This document shows, in pieces, positions 17,656-25,350 of a DNA stretch of 25,350 nucleotides (its first letter is position 1; every line of letters starts with the position of its first letter). The notes beneath the pieces were generated by a model that was given only the letters and a program-made list of their open reading frames with translations, did not search any database and was not told the DNA's origin. The stretch lies in the NCBI GenBank assembly GCA_049969675.1, contig JBMFOP010000047.1, positions 1 through 25,350 of the forward strand. Direction: 5' to 3'. The position numbers and the translations under genes are program-made. This stretch comes from Myxococcota bacterium (lineage in GTDB: Bacteria; Myxococcota; SpSt-1050).

Positions 17656-19638
17656 TTAGTTTACTATCTCCAGAAAGATGAGTGGATTATTATATAAAGG
17701 GTATCTATTTGAGCCACTATAATAGTAAGAGTTTGAAGACTTCATCATATCCCAATTATTACAATAATCCATCGTAAAGGTATCATAACCAGAGATTCTA
17801 TTGTCATTTGAACCAACGACTATGGCGACAGATGAGGCAGAGTCCTTCAATTCTATATCAAATTCATTGAGTCTATTCTCTACAATAAGGTTTTTATCAA
17901 TCTTTACTCTAAACTGAAAGACACTACCTCTTCTTTTAGAAAAGTCCATATTTCTTACAATATCCAGTGGCTTATAGGCAATCAACCTACCATTTATATA
18001 GATATTCAAATTCTCTTCAATGTCTCTATTGGTAGCAACTACCATAATATTTAAGACGATATTTTCATCAGATTCAATCTTCGGTACAAATAACTCCCTG
18101 CCAACTCTCTTTACATTATCATAACTAAGTCTGAGAATACCACTGAGCCCCCAGAATCTCCCGATTCTCAAGGAACTCACAGATGAGATGTGATTATCCA
18201 TCTTAAAGGTCCACTCAGTATTTTCAGGATAAATAGATGAGGCAGTATCCAGGTCATAAAAAGCATAACTATAAGGGAGGATGCAGAAGTCTGGCTCCCT
18301 ATTTATATTCGCAATAAACAGATTGACAAACATCACATCCTGAACATTGTCATAGAAAGAACGTTTTACGGAATTTATACCTTTATTATTCACCACTTCA
18401 ATTGCTGAATACTCTGCGAGGTGTGGCTCAAAGAAATAATTTGTGATGAGTCGCCATTTCCCCTGATAAAAGACCTCAACCTCTGTATGATTGTAACCAC
18501 CTATTGCAAATGTAGAATATGATTGGGCTGGCTTTACTACAAACAGTGGGGAACTGATTAGAGGAGATAGCGAAGGGAACTCTGAAAAATCAGAATCAAT
18601 AAAATACCCAACCAATCTGGCTGGCAGACCATAGCTATTTGCTAAAATACCCATAAGCCTTGCCAGACCGAAGCATGAACCTTTTTGATAACCGTCTGGA
18701 TCCAGAATATCAACCGGCGAATCCAGTATCTCTGTCTCAGGGATATAGCAACAGCGCTCCCTGGTGTTCCTGTCCACATAATCTGCAATATACTTTAACT
18801 TTTCAAAAGGACCCAGATTGCCAATGCCAGCCATATTCAGAATCTCATCAGATTTCTCTAAGACATAATCCCAATTTGCCTCATAATTATAACCAAATTT
18901 TCTTGACCACTTTATGGCATTCTCTCTACTCAATAACTTATAAAAGTCTGAATTGCTATGAAATCTAACCGGGAGAGAACTATATTTCTTTATTGAAAAA
19001 CCAGAATAGGCTTTAATAATGATTGCATTTATCAACCAACTATCCTTAAAAACTATCCTTACTCCATTTTTATCAACCTTTAATTTTTCAATAGTATTAA
19101 ATGAATAGTAACCTCTCTTTGATGCAAAGTTAGTAAATTCTTTGCTATAAATTGTATACTCCACGCTGTTAATCTCTACCTTAAAAGGTAGCACATCTGA
19201 CTTTTCTGAACCGATGACAAATGTAATCTCATATTCACCCGAGGGAATATTAAATAGAATCTCATTTCCACTCTCCCCCACTAAAAAATCTGTAAAGAGC
19301 GGATTTATGAGCATCTGGTCCGCATTAAGAATATTATAATTATTTATCCACCTATGGTATATACTCCTGTTTGATTGCGTAACAACTATAGACCCATCAA
19401 CATAAGGAGACAATTGATTCCCAAAATCAAAAATATAAATTCGCCTCTCGTTATCATTCAAATATTTATTGAACCTACCCAAAATGCTCTTAATATCAAC
19501 ACCCTCTTTTTGAACAGGCTCTCTATTTATTAAATCTTCATTTAAGAGTCTTTGATTGATATTTTTATAATAATCTCCTTCATCTCCACAGGAGAGAAAA
19601 ACCACAGAAATTATAAAGATAAAGAAAAGCCTCTTCAT
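17656..19638 (-). CDS. Lipoprotein with central transglutaminase-like domain flanked by probable beta-sandwich domains
   Basis: MKRLFFIFIISVVFLS|C signal (start moved from 19668 to 19638); GSCFGLARLMGILANSYGLPARLV and NHTEVEVFYQGKW transglutaminase-like motifs. Confidence 0.75.
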   Translation of the reverse strand: MKRLFFIFIISVVFLSCGDEGDYYKNINQRLLNEDLINREPVQKEGVDIKSILGRFNKYLNDNERRIYIFDFGNQLSPYVDGSIVVTQSNRSIYHRWINNYNILNADQMLINPLFTDFLVGESGNEILFNIPSGEYEITFVIGSEKSDVLPFKVEINSVEYTIYSKEFTNFASKRGYYSFNTIEKLKVDKNGVRIVFKDSWLINAIIIKAYSGFSIKKYSSLPVRFHSNSDFYKLLSRENAIKWSRKFGYNYEANWDYVLEKSDEILNMAGIGNLGPFEKLKYIADYVDRNTRERCCYIPETEILDSPVDILDPDGYQKGSCFGLARLMGILANSYGLPARLVGYFIDSDFSEFPSLSPLISSPLFVVKPAQSYSTFAIGGYNHTEVEVFYQGKWRLITNYFFEPHLAEYSAIEVVNNKGINSVKRSFYDNVQDVMFVNLFIANINREPDFCILPYSYAFYDLDTASSIYPENTEWTFKMDNHISSVSSLRIGRFWGLSGILRLSYDNVKRVGRELFVPKIESDENIVLNIMVVATNRDIEENLNIYINGRLIAYKPLDIVRNMDFSKRRGSVFQFRVKIDKNLIVENRLNEFDIELKDSASSVAIVVGSNDNRISGYDTFTMDYCNNWDMMKSSNSYYYSGSNRYPLYNNPLIFLEIVN

Positions 19639-19776
19639 ACGCTTCTCTCTAATATATTTATAAAACACAAATTGTTAGATTTTGCAAATCTATTTATAAA
19701 AAAGACAATTTTTACATATACACAAATTTCTATTTGATCTATTCAATGCAAAGATATATTAACTAATCTGCTATTT

Positions 19777-22005
19777 ATGGTTAGTAAAATGCGTTTTTTA
19801 TTCATATTGTTATTAGATTTTGCACTATTTTCAAATATTTTAATTGCGGAAGATATTGACAAACAAAAATTATACCTGCCCAAATTTTATGCTCAAAACC
19901 CATACAATTACTTAATTTCATATTATTCGGAGAAAGAAAAGGCTTCAAGTTGCAATGCAGAGATAAAACCATTCTTCGGAATTAAAACAAAGAAAGAGTT
20001 TGTAGAATCTCCTACAAAGGCAGCAGCCGATGGACTAACCGCTGTTATAAATGGAGATATTTCACTTGCAAAATCCTGTGCAGATTATTTAATAAAAAAT
20101 AATTATACAAAGGGTGATGCTATTCTTTTTCCATTCAAGTTTGACTTTATACCTTATATGCCATATAGATTAAAATCACCTTGGATATCAGCAATTTCGC
20201 AAGGACTTTCATTAGGACTCTTTACATATCTGTATTTATATACAAATGATTCAAAATACCTCAAAATAGCAAATAGAATTTTTAACTCATATAAAATCCC
20301 GATTGAAGAAGGCGGATTTACAAGATTTTACTCTGATTCAGTATTTTTTGAAGAATATCCGACAAAGGATTTTATTGGGGTATTCAATGGTTCCGCGGTT
20401 GCCGCCCTTGCTCTCTGGGACTATTATGTCATTACTAAGAAGGAAGATGTACTACTGTTATTCAAAAAGTATATTAAATGGCTTGAAGAGAATGTTCACA
20501 AATATGAAAAGTTAGATGAAAAATACAAAATCCCAATTACATACTATAGTCTTGCAATAAAAAGACCAGAACTATTGTTCAGATTTTATGGAGATGGATT
20601 AGTATTTATAAAAGAAATCAAATATTACGGCATTAAAGATAATAATAAAAAATTGGTTTATACCTTAAAAATTGGTTCAAGAGGCGATGATAATCCAGAA
20701 AATAACATCTATCTTTTTGCAAATCAGGAATACAGCAACTGGTCACCTCCACATAAAGGTGGAAGATATATAAATCAGAAGAGGGGCATTTATAATCATT
20801 CTCCTTTCTATATTAATTTAAGCAGCGATTATAGCGAATATGAGATTGGAATACAATACATACGGATATCATATGGAGATGTATCGCTTCAGTTGTATGA
20901 TGGTAAAGAATATTTTGATATTGCACCTATAAAAGGGGAATTAAACAAATTAGAGGCGGACAACTTTACTATTTCCAAAGAGATGGTTGATAGAGGGAGA
21001 GGAAATATCAATAATGAACCTATAATTGAATACAAATATCTTGATGATAATTATATCCTCCTGACTTATCTTGCAGAGATATCAAAATCTGAGATATTAA
21101 AAAAGTATAGTCTAAGATGGAGAGATTCAACAGACCTCTTAGATGCCGAATTGTATAACCAATTTCCCCCAGAGATGCTTTACTATCCCAAAAAGATTCT
21201 TGAAATTAATAAGTTATGCAGAAAAGGTATTGAAGATATAAGCCTGATAAAAAATGATAATACATACTATCTATTATATAACTGCAAAATTGAGCCCAAT
21301 GAAAACAGATTATCTCTAGCCTCAGGTAGAGATATTTATAATTTGAAAGATAACGGATGGCTACTGGCAAACAATTTTATAAATGAGAATGATATTGGTT
21401 CTGCCTCAAACCCATATTTACTTGAGAACAAAGGTCTATTCTCAATATTTTTTATTTCAAATGATATGATTTATTCACTTATTACTGATAATATCTGGAA
21501 ATGGAACACAATTAATGAGGTCTATCAAAGCCCTACTGGTAAATTTACTATTTTTAAAAATGGAGAGGGATTTCAGATATATTCAATTGGAGGCAAAGAT
21601 AAGAATAAAATTATTCTTACAGAATTTAGTAATTTTATAGAGAAGGCTATAGTAGAAGAACCATCTTATAAATCATTTACTGACTTAAATATATTTATGT
21701 TCAATGAATATAGAATGCTTTTAGTGAGAGTAAAACTGCCTGCAAGAATAGACTCATATCTATATACAGATTGCAAAGGGGATTTATTTGTTAATGCCCT
21801 CTCAAAACCATTTATGATTGAAAAGCCATTTATAAAAACCCCATATACAAAGAAGAGAGATTACTTTGTCTTCACGGAAGGAGATAAGATTTATCTCTTA
21901 TTTACTGGATATAATCCAGATAACGAATTCCCGGATGGAATATATATTTCAGAAATAAAGAGAAATATCCTTGAAGAGATTATTAAAAAGAGCTGTAAAA
22001 AATAA
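19777..22005 (+). CDS. Secreted D-glucuronyl C5-epimerase-like protein with extra domains
   Basis: Signal peptide; PWISAISQG, FFEEYP...VFNG...LALWDY and final helix KKYSLRW match the C5-epimerase C-terminal domain pattern (WYSAMAQG, WYEEYP..VLNG..GLYD, KRW). Confidence 0.75.
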   Translation: MVSKMRFLFILLLDFALFSNILIAEDIDKQKLYLPKFYAQNPYNYLISYYSEKEKASSCNAEIKPFFGIKTKKEFVESPTKAAADGLTAVINGDISLAKSCADYLIKNNYTKGDAILFPFKFDFIPYMPYRLKSPWISAISQGLSLGLFTYLYLYTNDSKYLKIANRIFNSYKIPIEEGGFTRFYSDSVFFEEYPTKDFIGVFNGSAVAALALWDYYVITKKEDVLLLFKKYIKWLEENVHKYEKLDEKYKIPITYYSLAIKRPELLFRFYGDGLVFIKEIKYYGIKDNNKKLVYTLKIGSRGDDNPENNIYLFANQEYSNWSPPHKGGRYINQKRGIYNHSPFYINLSSDYSEYEIGIQYIRISYGDVSLQLYDGKEYFDIAPIKGELNKLEADNFTISKEMVDRGRGNINNEPIIEYKYLDDNYILLTYLAEISKSEILKKYSLRWRDSTDLLDAELYNQFPPEMLYYPKKILEINKLCRKGIEDISLIKNDNTYYLLYNCKIEPNENRLSLASGRDIYNLKDNGWLLANNFINENDIGSASNPYLLENKGLFSIFFISNDMIYSLITDNIWKWNTINEVYQSPTGKFTIFKNGEGFQIYSIGGKDKNKIILTEFSNFIEKAIVEEPSYKSFTDLNIFMFNEYRMLLVRVKLPARIDSYLYTDCKGDLFVNALSKPFMIEKPFIKTPYTKKRDYFVFTEGDKIYLLFTGYNPDNEFPDGIYISEIKRNILEEIIKKSCKK

Positions 22006-22035
22006 ATGTAAACTTCAATTAAAGTAAGGGTAGAA

Positions 22036-22386
22036 TTACGGAGTTACAGTATACAACCCCTTCCAGAGAGGCTTAAAGCCCTGCGGGGACTTCTGGTCCT
22101 TGATATGTGCCTCAAAGGCATAATCTCCGGGCTGAGTAAATTTATATCTTATGGTCGGATTCTTTGAATAATTCTGTATCATAACCCAGTCCTCGGGATT
22201 TCTCTTTACCCAGAACTGCACCTCTGGCATATCAGGTGGGAGATACCTTATCATAATTTCAATCTCGTCTCCTACTTTATATGAATTCTGATCTGGCCTA
22301 AGTTCCATCTCCGGTCCGCCTTTACAGGCAAGATATGTCCCCACCATAGCAAGTAATGGTATATAGAAGAATCTCTTCCTCTTCAT
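22036..22386 (-). CDS. Possible internally initiated 116-aa lipoprotein with a Y_Y_Y/Ig-like domain
   Basis: In-frame ATG 22386 preceded by GGAGGAAGAGGGAG; MKRKRFFYIPLLAMVGTYLA|C; WVMIQNYS...PGDYAFEAHIKD. Confidence 0.55.
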   Translation of the reverse strand: MKRKRFFYIPLLAMVGTYLACKGGPEMELRPDQNSYKVGDEIEIMIRYLPPDMPEVQFWVKRNPEDWVMIQNYSKNPTIRYKFTQPGDYAFEAHIKDQKSPQGFKPLWKGLYTVTP

Positions 22387-23622
22387 CTCCCTCTTCCTCC
22401 TGTGGATATCAGAGACCTTTTCATATATATCATACAATTTTTTCTCCTCAACACTCCAGTTGAGCTCCAATGACGCCTTAATGGCACCATCCCTCAATCT
22501 ATTCATTCTATCTTCATCAGCAAACACAGATTTTATTACCTTTGCCAGTTCATAAGGCCTCTTCATATCGGCTGTAATTACTGCCCCATATTTTTTATTC
22601 ATAGACATAAAGAATGGTAGTTCATTTGATATAACCGGGAGACCGCAGAGAATAAATTCAAAAAATTTATTTGGTGAACAGTATTTATGATTCTCATCAA
22701 TAGGCTCATACGGAATAATCCCTATATCCGCCCCTACAGAATACTTTAGTATCTCATCTGATGGAACTTCACCCACAAAGAATACCCTCTTTTTTAATCT
22801 CTCACGCCTCACTATCTCTCTCAATTTGCTCTCGTATGGTCCATAACCGATCAAGACCAATTTTATATTTTCACCGGTATATTTAAATGCCCGCACTATA
22901 TTATCAAGATTTCTCTCCTGAGAGATCCATCCCTGAAATAGGACTATCTTATCACCCTCTTTTAACTTCAACCTCTCACGCAACAATCCCCTATACTCAT
23001 TTAAATCCTGATTCTTAAGAGGCTTTGCACAATTCATTATCACACCTATATCTCTGACCCTATACCTCCTCTTCATTATATCAGCAATAAATTCATTAAC
23101 CGTTATCACATAATCCGCATATTTTATATAGAGTCTCTCATTAAGAAAACTTCTCAATCTCAATCTGAAAGGGAGTACCTTCTGGGATGGATAAAGTTCA
23201 TGGGCATCGTATATAAGCGGAATATCTCGTATTGCAGAAAGTAGTATTGCAGGTTTTAGAACAGGCAGGTCGTGACAATGTATAATATCCGCTTCAAACT
23301 GATTTGCCTTGTCAAAGATAAATCTCTCAAATGGGGATAATGTCAAAAAACGATTTGCAAATAATATAAATCCCCTATTTACAGCCCTTCTCAATATCTC
23401 CCTATCTGGGAGAAACTTCCTGATAACCTTCAATCTATAGTCATCCCAGTCATATACATATCTATGAATACTAATCCCCCTCATGGTATAATGCTCCTCT
23501 TTTTTGCACTCAAATCCAGAGAGGAGTGTTACGGAATGTCCGGCCTTGATTAGACTCTCAGCCTCAAGGATTATCCTTCTATCAATCATAAAGATATCCG
23601 GTGCAATCATCAGTATCTTCAT
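22036..23622 (-). CDS. GT4 glycosyltransferase fused in frame to a C-terminal lipoprotein-like module
   Basis: DRRIILEAESL, IIHCHDL, LIYDAHELY, ADIGIIPY, SPNKFFEFILCGLPVI; the GT fold ends near LYDIYEKV, then about 120 further residues follow. Confidence 0.88.
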   Translation of the reverse strand: MKILMIAPDIFMIDRRIILEAESLIKAGHSVTLLSGFECKKEEHYTMRGISIHRYVYDWDDYRLKVIRKFLPDREILRRAVNRGFILFANRFLTLSPFERFIFDKANQFEADIIHCHDLPVLKPAILLSAIRDIPLIYDAHELYPSQKVLPFRLRLRSFLNERLYIKYADYVITVNEFIADIMKRRYRVRDIGVIMNCAKPLKNQDLNEYRGLLRERLKLKEGDKIVLFQGWISQERNLDNIVRAFKYTGENIKLVLIGYGPYESKLREIVRRERLKKRVFFVGEVPSDEILKYSVGADIGIIPYEPIDENHKYCSPNKFFEFILCGLPVISNELPFFMSMNKKYGAVITADMKRPYELAKVIKSVFADEDRMNRLRDGAIKASLELNWSVEEKKLYDIYEKVSDIHRRKREMKRKRFFYIPLLAMVGTYLACKGGPEMELRPDQNSYKVGDEIEIMIRYLPPDMPEVQFWVKRNPEDWVMIQNYSKNPTIRYKFTQPGDYAFEAHIKDQKSPQGFKPLWKGLYTVTP

Positions 23623-23624
23623 AC

Positions 23625-25350
23625 TCAGCCCACTACCTCCTCATATATCTCTCTAAGTCTTTTCGCAAAATGTTCAAATCCAAATCTCTCTTTTATACTG
23701 TTGTGCATACATACTGGGTCAAAGGATTCATAATTATTTATAACATCTATTATTGCATCAAAGAACTCATCCTCATCATCCACATCCACCAGTCGCCCGA
23801 GCCTGTCGTCATTGATTATATACTCTGGACCACCACATTTAGTCGCCACCACCGGCTTACCACAGGCGATTGCCTCAGCAACTACCACACCAAATGTCTC
23901 TGAACGGCTCGGCAAGACCAAGATGTCCTTATCTCGGAGTAGCCCTGGAATCTGATGATGAGGTAGTCCATCTATTACTTCAACAGAACCTTCAATATTA
24001 TTGGAACTTATAAAATTAAGAATCTTCTCTCTGAGAAGACCTTTCCCAACAATACTTAATTTCAAATTATATTCTGCTTTCAATAACCTGATTAAGACTC
24101 TTAGCAAGAGTTCTGGATTTTTACGTTCATCCAGAGTCCCAATAAAGAGAAGTTTATATTCATTATTATGCCTTTTCTTAATTTTTGAAGGGTAAAATTC
24201 TGATATATCAATGGTATTTGGCATAACAAGCATCTTATTTCTGACATCCTCAGGCATATATCTCTTTACTTCCTCAAGTGCATATGGACTGACACATAAT
24301 ATTCTGCTTGCAAATCTTGATGATTCAATTGATTTATGAAGGACAATGGGATTTTTTACATATTCCGAATAAGGTGCCATATGTTCGGTAATAATATAAG
24401 GGATTCTCAATTTTTCAAAGATTGACTTTGCGGCATTTCCATCTATATAAGCCGTGTGAGCATGAATGATATCAAACTTAAATTCCCTCCAGACATCGTA
24501 AATAACGCTCAAGACTGCCTGTGAATATGTATGCCAGTGCGTAATAAATCTAAAAGGACCACCGACCCTATAAGGTGGATATAACACCTTAATACCATCT
24601 CTCTCTTCCCATCTTATCTTCCTCAATTCTTCCCAGTAAATTCTATTTGCCTCTTTGAGTTTTACTGGATTATATGTATTCATCCAGAATGGCCTGCAGG
24701 AGATTACCCTTATGTCCAGATCAGTATATTTTAAGAGCGCCTTAACCTGCTCCAACACAAATGGACCAAAAACTGGCTGGTCCTTATGTGGAAACATATG
24801 GGATAGCACCAGAACCCTTCTGACCTTTCTACTCTTTAATATCTCAAACGACTTTAAGAGACCCTCTTTTTCTTTTATAATCTCTGACATCTCTCTTCTT
24901 AAATCTTCATTCTCACTCCTTAATATCTCACATTCACCACTTAATTTATCAATCTTAAATCTAACATTATTTAATTCATCTGTGGTGGAGTGGTACTCAT
25001 CTTTTAACTTATTATATTCAATTAATAAATCTTTATAAGCCCGTTCAGCCTTCTCCCTTTCTTCTTCATTCTTATTTAGTTTATCATTCAGTTCACCAAA
25101 TCTCATCTCAAGATTTTTTATATCTGCAAGATATCCTGATGCCACCTCCTCTGCCTTTGCTCTATCCAGTTCCTTTCTCTCCAATTGCTCATTTATGTCC
25201 TTTATATCCTTTAAGGCTTTATCTTTCCCCTCATAGTCCAGAAGTAATGAAAAGTGATATTTTATAACATCTTCTCTCTCACGAAGGCTCGGAGGTTTCT
25301 TGTTTTTCCGATCAAAAATCCATGGATTTCCAAGTGCACCCCTACCAATC
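23625..25350 (-). CDS. GT4 glycosyltransferase (TuaC-like) with N-terminal coiled coil; frame open to the window end and including a Dus-like segment
   Basis: VLVLSHMFP...GPFVLEQVKAL, DIIHAH, LPSRSETFGVVVAEAIACGKPVVATKCGGP; about 120 aa heptad E/K/L-rich segment; no stop codon between 25349 and 25184. Confidence 0.85.
   Translation of the reverse strand, partial: IGRGALGNPWIFDRKNKKPPSLREREDVIKYHFSLLLDYEGKDKALKDIKDINEQLERKELDRAKAEEVASGYLADIKNLEMRFGELNDKLNKNEEEREKAERAYKDLLIEYNKLKDEYHSTTDELNNVRFKIDKLSGECEILRSENEDLRREMSEIIKEKEGLLKSFEILKSRKVRRVLVLSHMFPHKDQPVFGPFVLEQVKALLKYTDLDIRVISCRPFWMNTYNPVKLKEANRIYWEELRKIRWEERDGIKVLYPPYRVGGPFRFITHWHTYSQAVLSVIYDVWREFKFDIIHAHTAYIDGNAAKSIFEKLRIPYIITEHMAPYSEYVKNPIVLHKSIESSRFASRILCVSPYALEEVKRYMPEDVRNKMLVMPNTIDISEFYPSKIKKRHNNEYKLLFIGTLDERKNPELLLRVLIRLLKAEYNLKLSIVGKGLLREKILNFISSNNIEGSVEVIDGLPHHQIPGLLRDKDILVLPSRSETFGVVVAEAIACGKPVVATKCGGPEYIINDDRLGRLVDVDDEDEFFDAIIDVINNYESFDPVCMHNSIKERFGFEHFAKRLREIYEEVVG
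25203..25350 (-). CDS. C-terminal part of a tRNA-dihydrouridine synthase (DusB-like), truncated and fused
   Basis: Manual translation from 25349 gives IGRGALGNPWIFDRKNKKPPSLREREDVIKYHFSLLLDYEGKDKALKDI; IGRGALGNPWIF is the Dus family signature. Confidence 0.8.

Noticed and set aside
19639..19668. Longer start of the transglutaminase-like gene
   Set aside because: ATG 19638 gives a canonical lipoprotein signal peptide.
388..25038. Many short ORFs (60-150 aa) overlapping the main genes
   Set aside because: They lie antisense or out of frame within well-supported CDSs and have no recognisable motifs.
25182..25184. TTG start of the last GT4
   Set aside because: The frame stays open upstream and encodes a recognisable Dus motif, so this is probably not the true start.
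1..25350. CRISPR array, tRNA, rRNA, IS or integrase
   Set aside because: No regularly spaced repeats, cloverleaf-like sequence or recombinase/transposase motifs were seen by eye.

Overview
Low-GC bacterial window. The protein styles (CxC lipoprotein, GCGC C-terminal tail, long minor pilins) suggest Myxococcota/deltaproteobacterial affinity, which is an inference. Left (1-7232, minus): a type IVa pilus minor-pilin/adhesin operon (fimT/fimU-like, pilV, pilW, pilX, pilY1, plus the start of one more gene), preceded by a candidate sigma54 promoter with a perfect IHF consensus. Middle (8195-17648): acylphosphatase, long-chain acyl-CoA ligase, thioredoxin-TPR protein, a secreted repeat protein ending in GCGC, cyclophilin, aldehyde dehydrogenase and a Cys-rich beta-propeller lipoprotein. 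Right (17656-25350): an AT-rich surface-glycan locus with a transglutaminase-like lipoprotein, a secreted glucuronyl C5-epimerase-like protein and two GT4 glycosyltransferases. Both GT4s carry odd in-frame fusions: one runs on into a lipoprotein-like module, and the other is joined without a stop to the C-terminal part of a tRNA-dihydrouridine synthase (Dus) at the window edge. Other highlights are a PilY1 whose vWA MIDAS residues are replaced at all three motifs, and a 9-Cys, Lys-rich insert in its propeller. No rRNA, tRNA, CRISPR array or transposase was recognised. All assignments come from motif recognition by eye; no searches were run.
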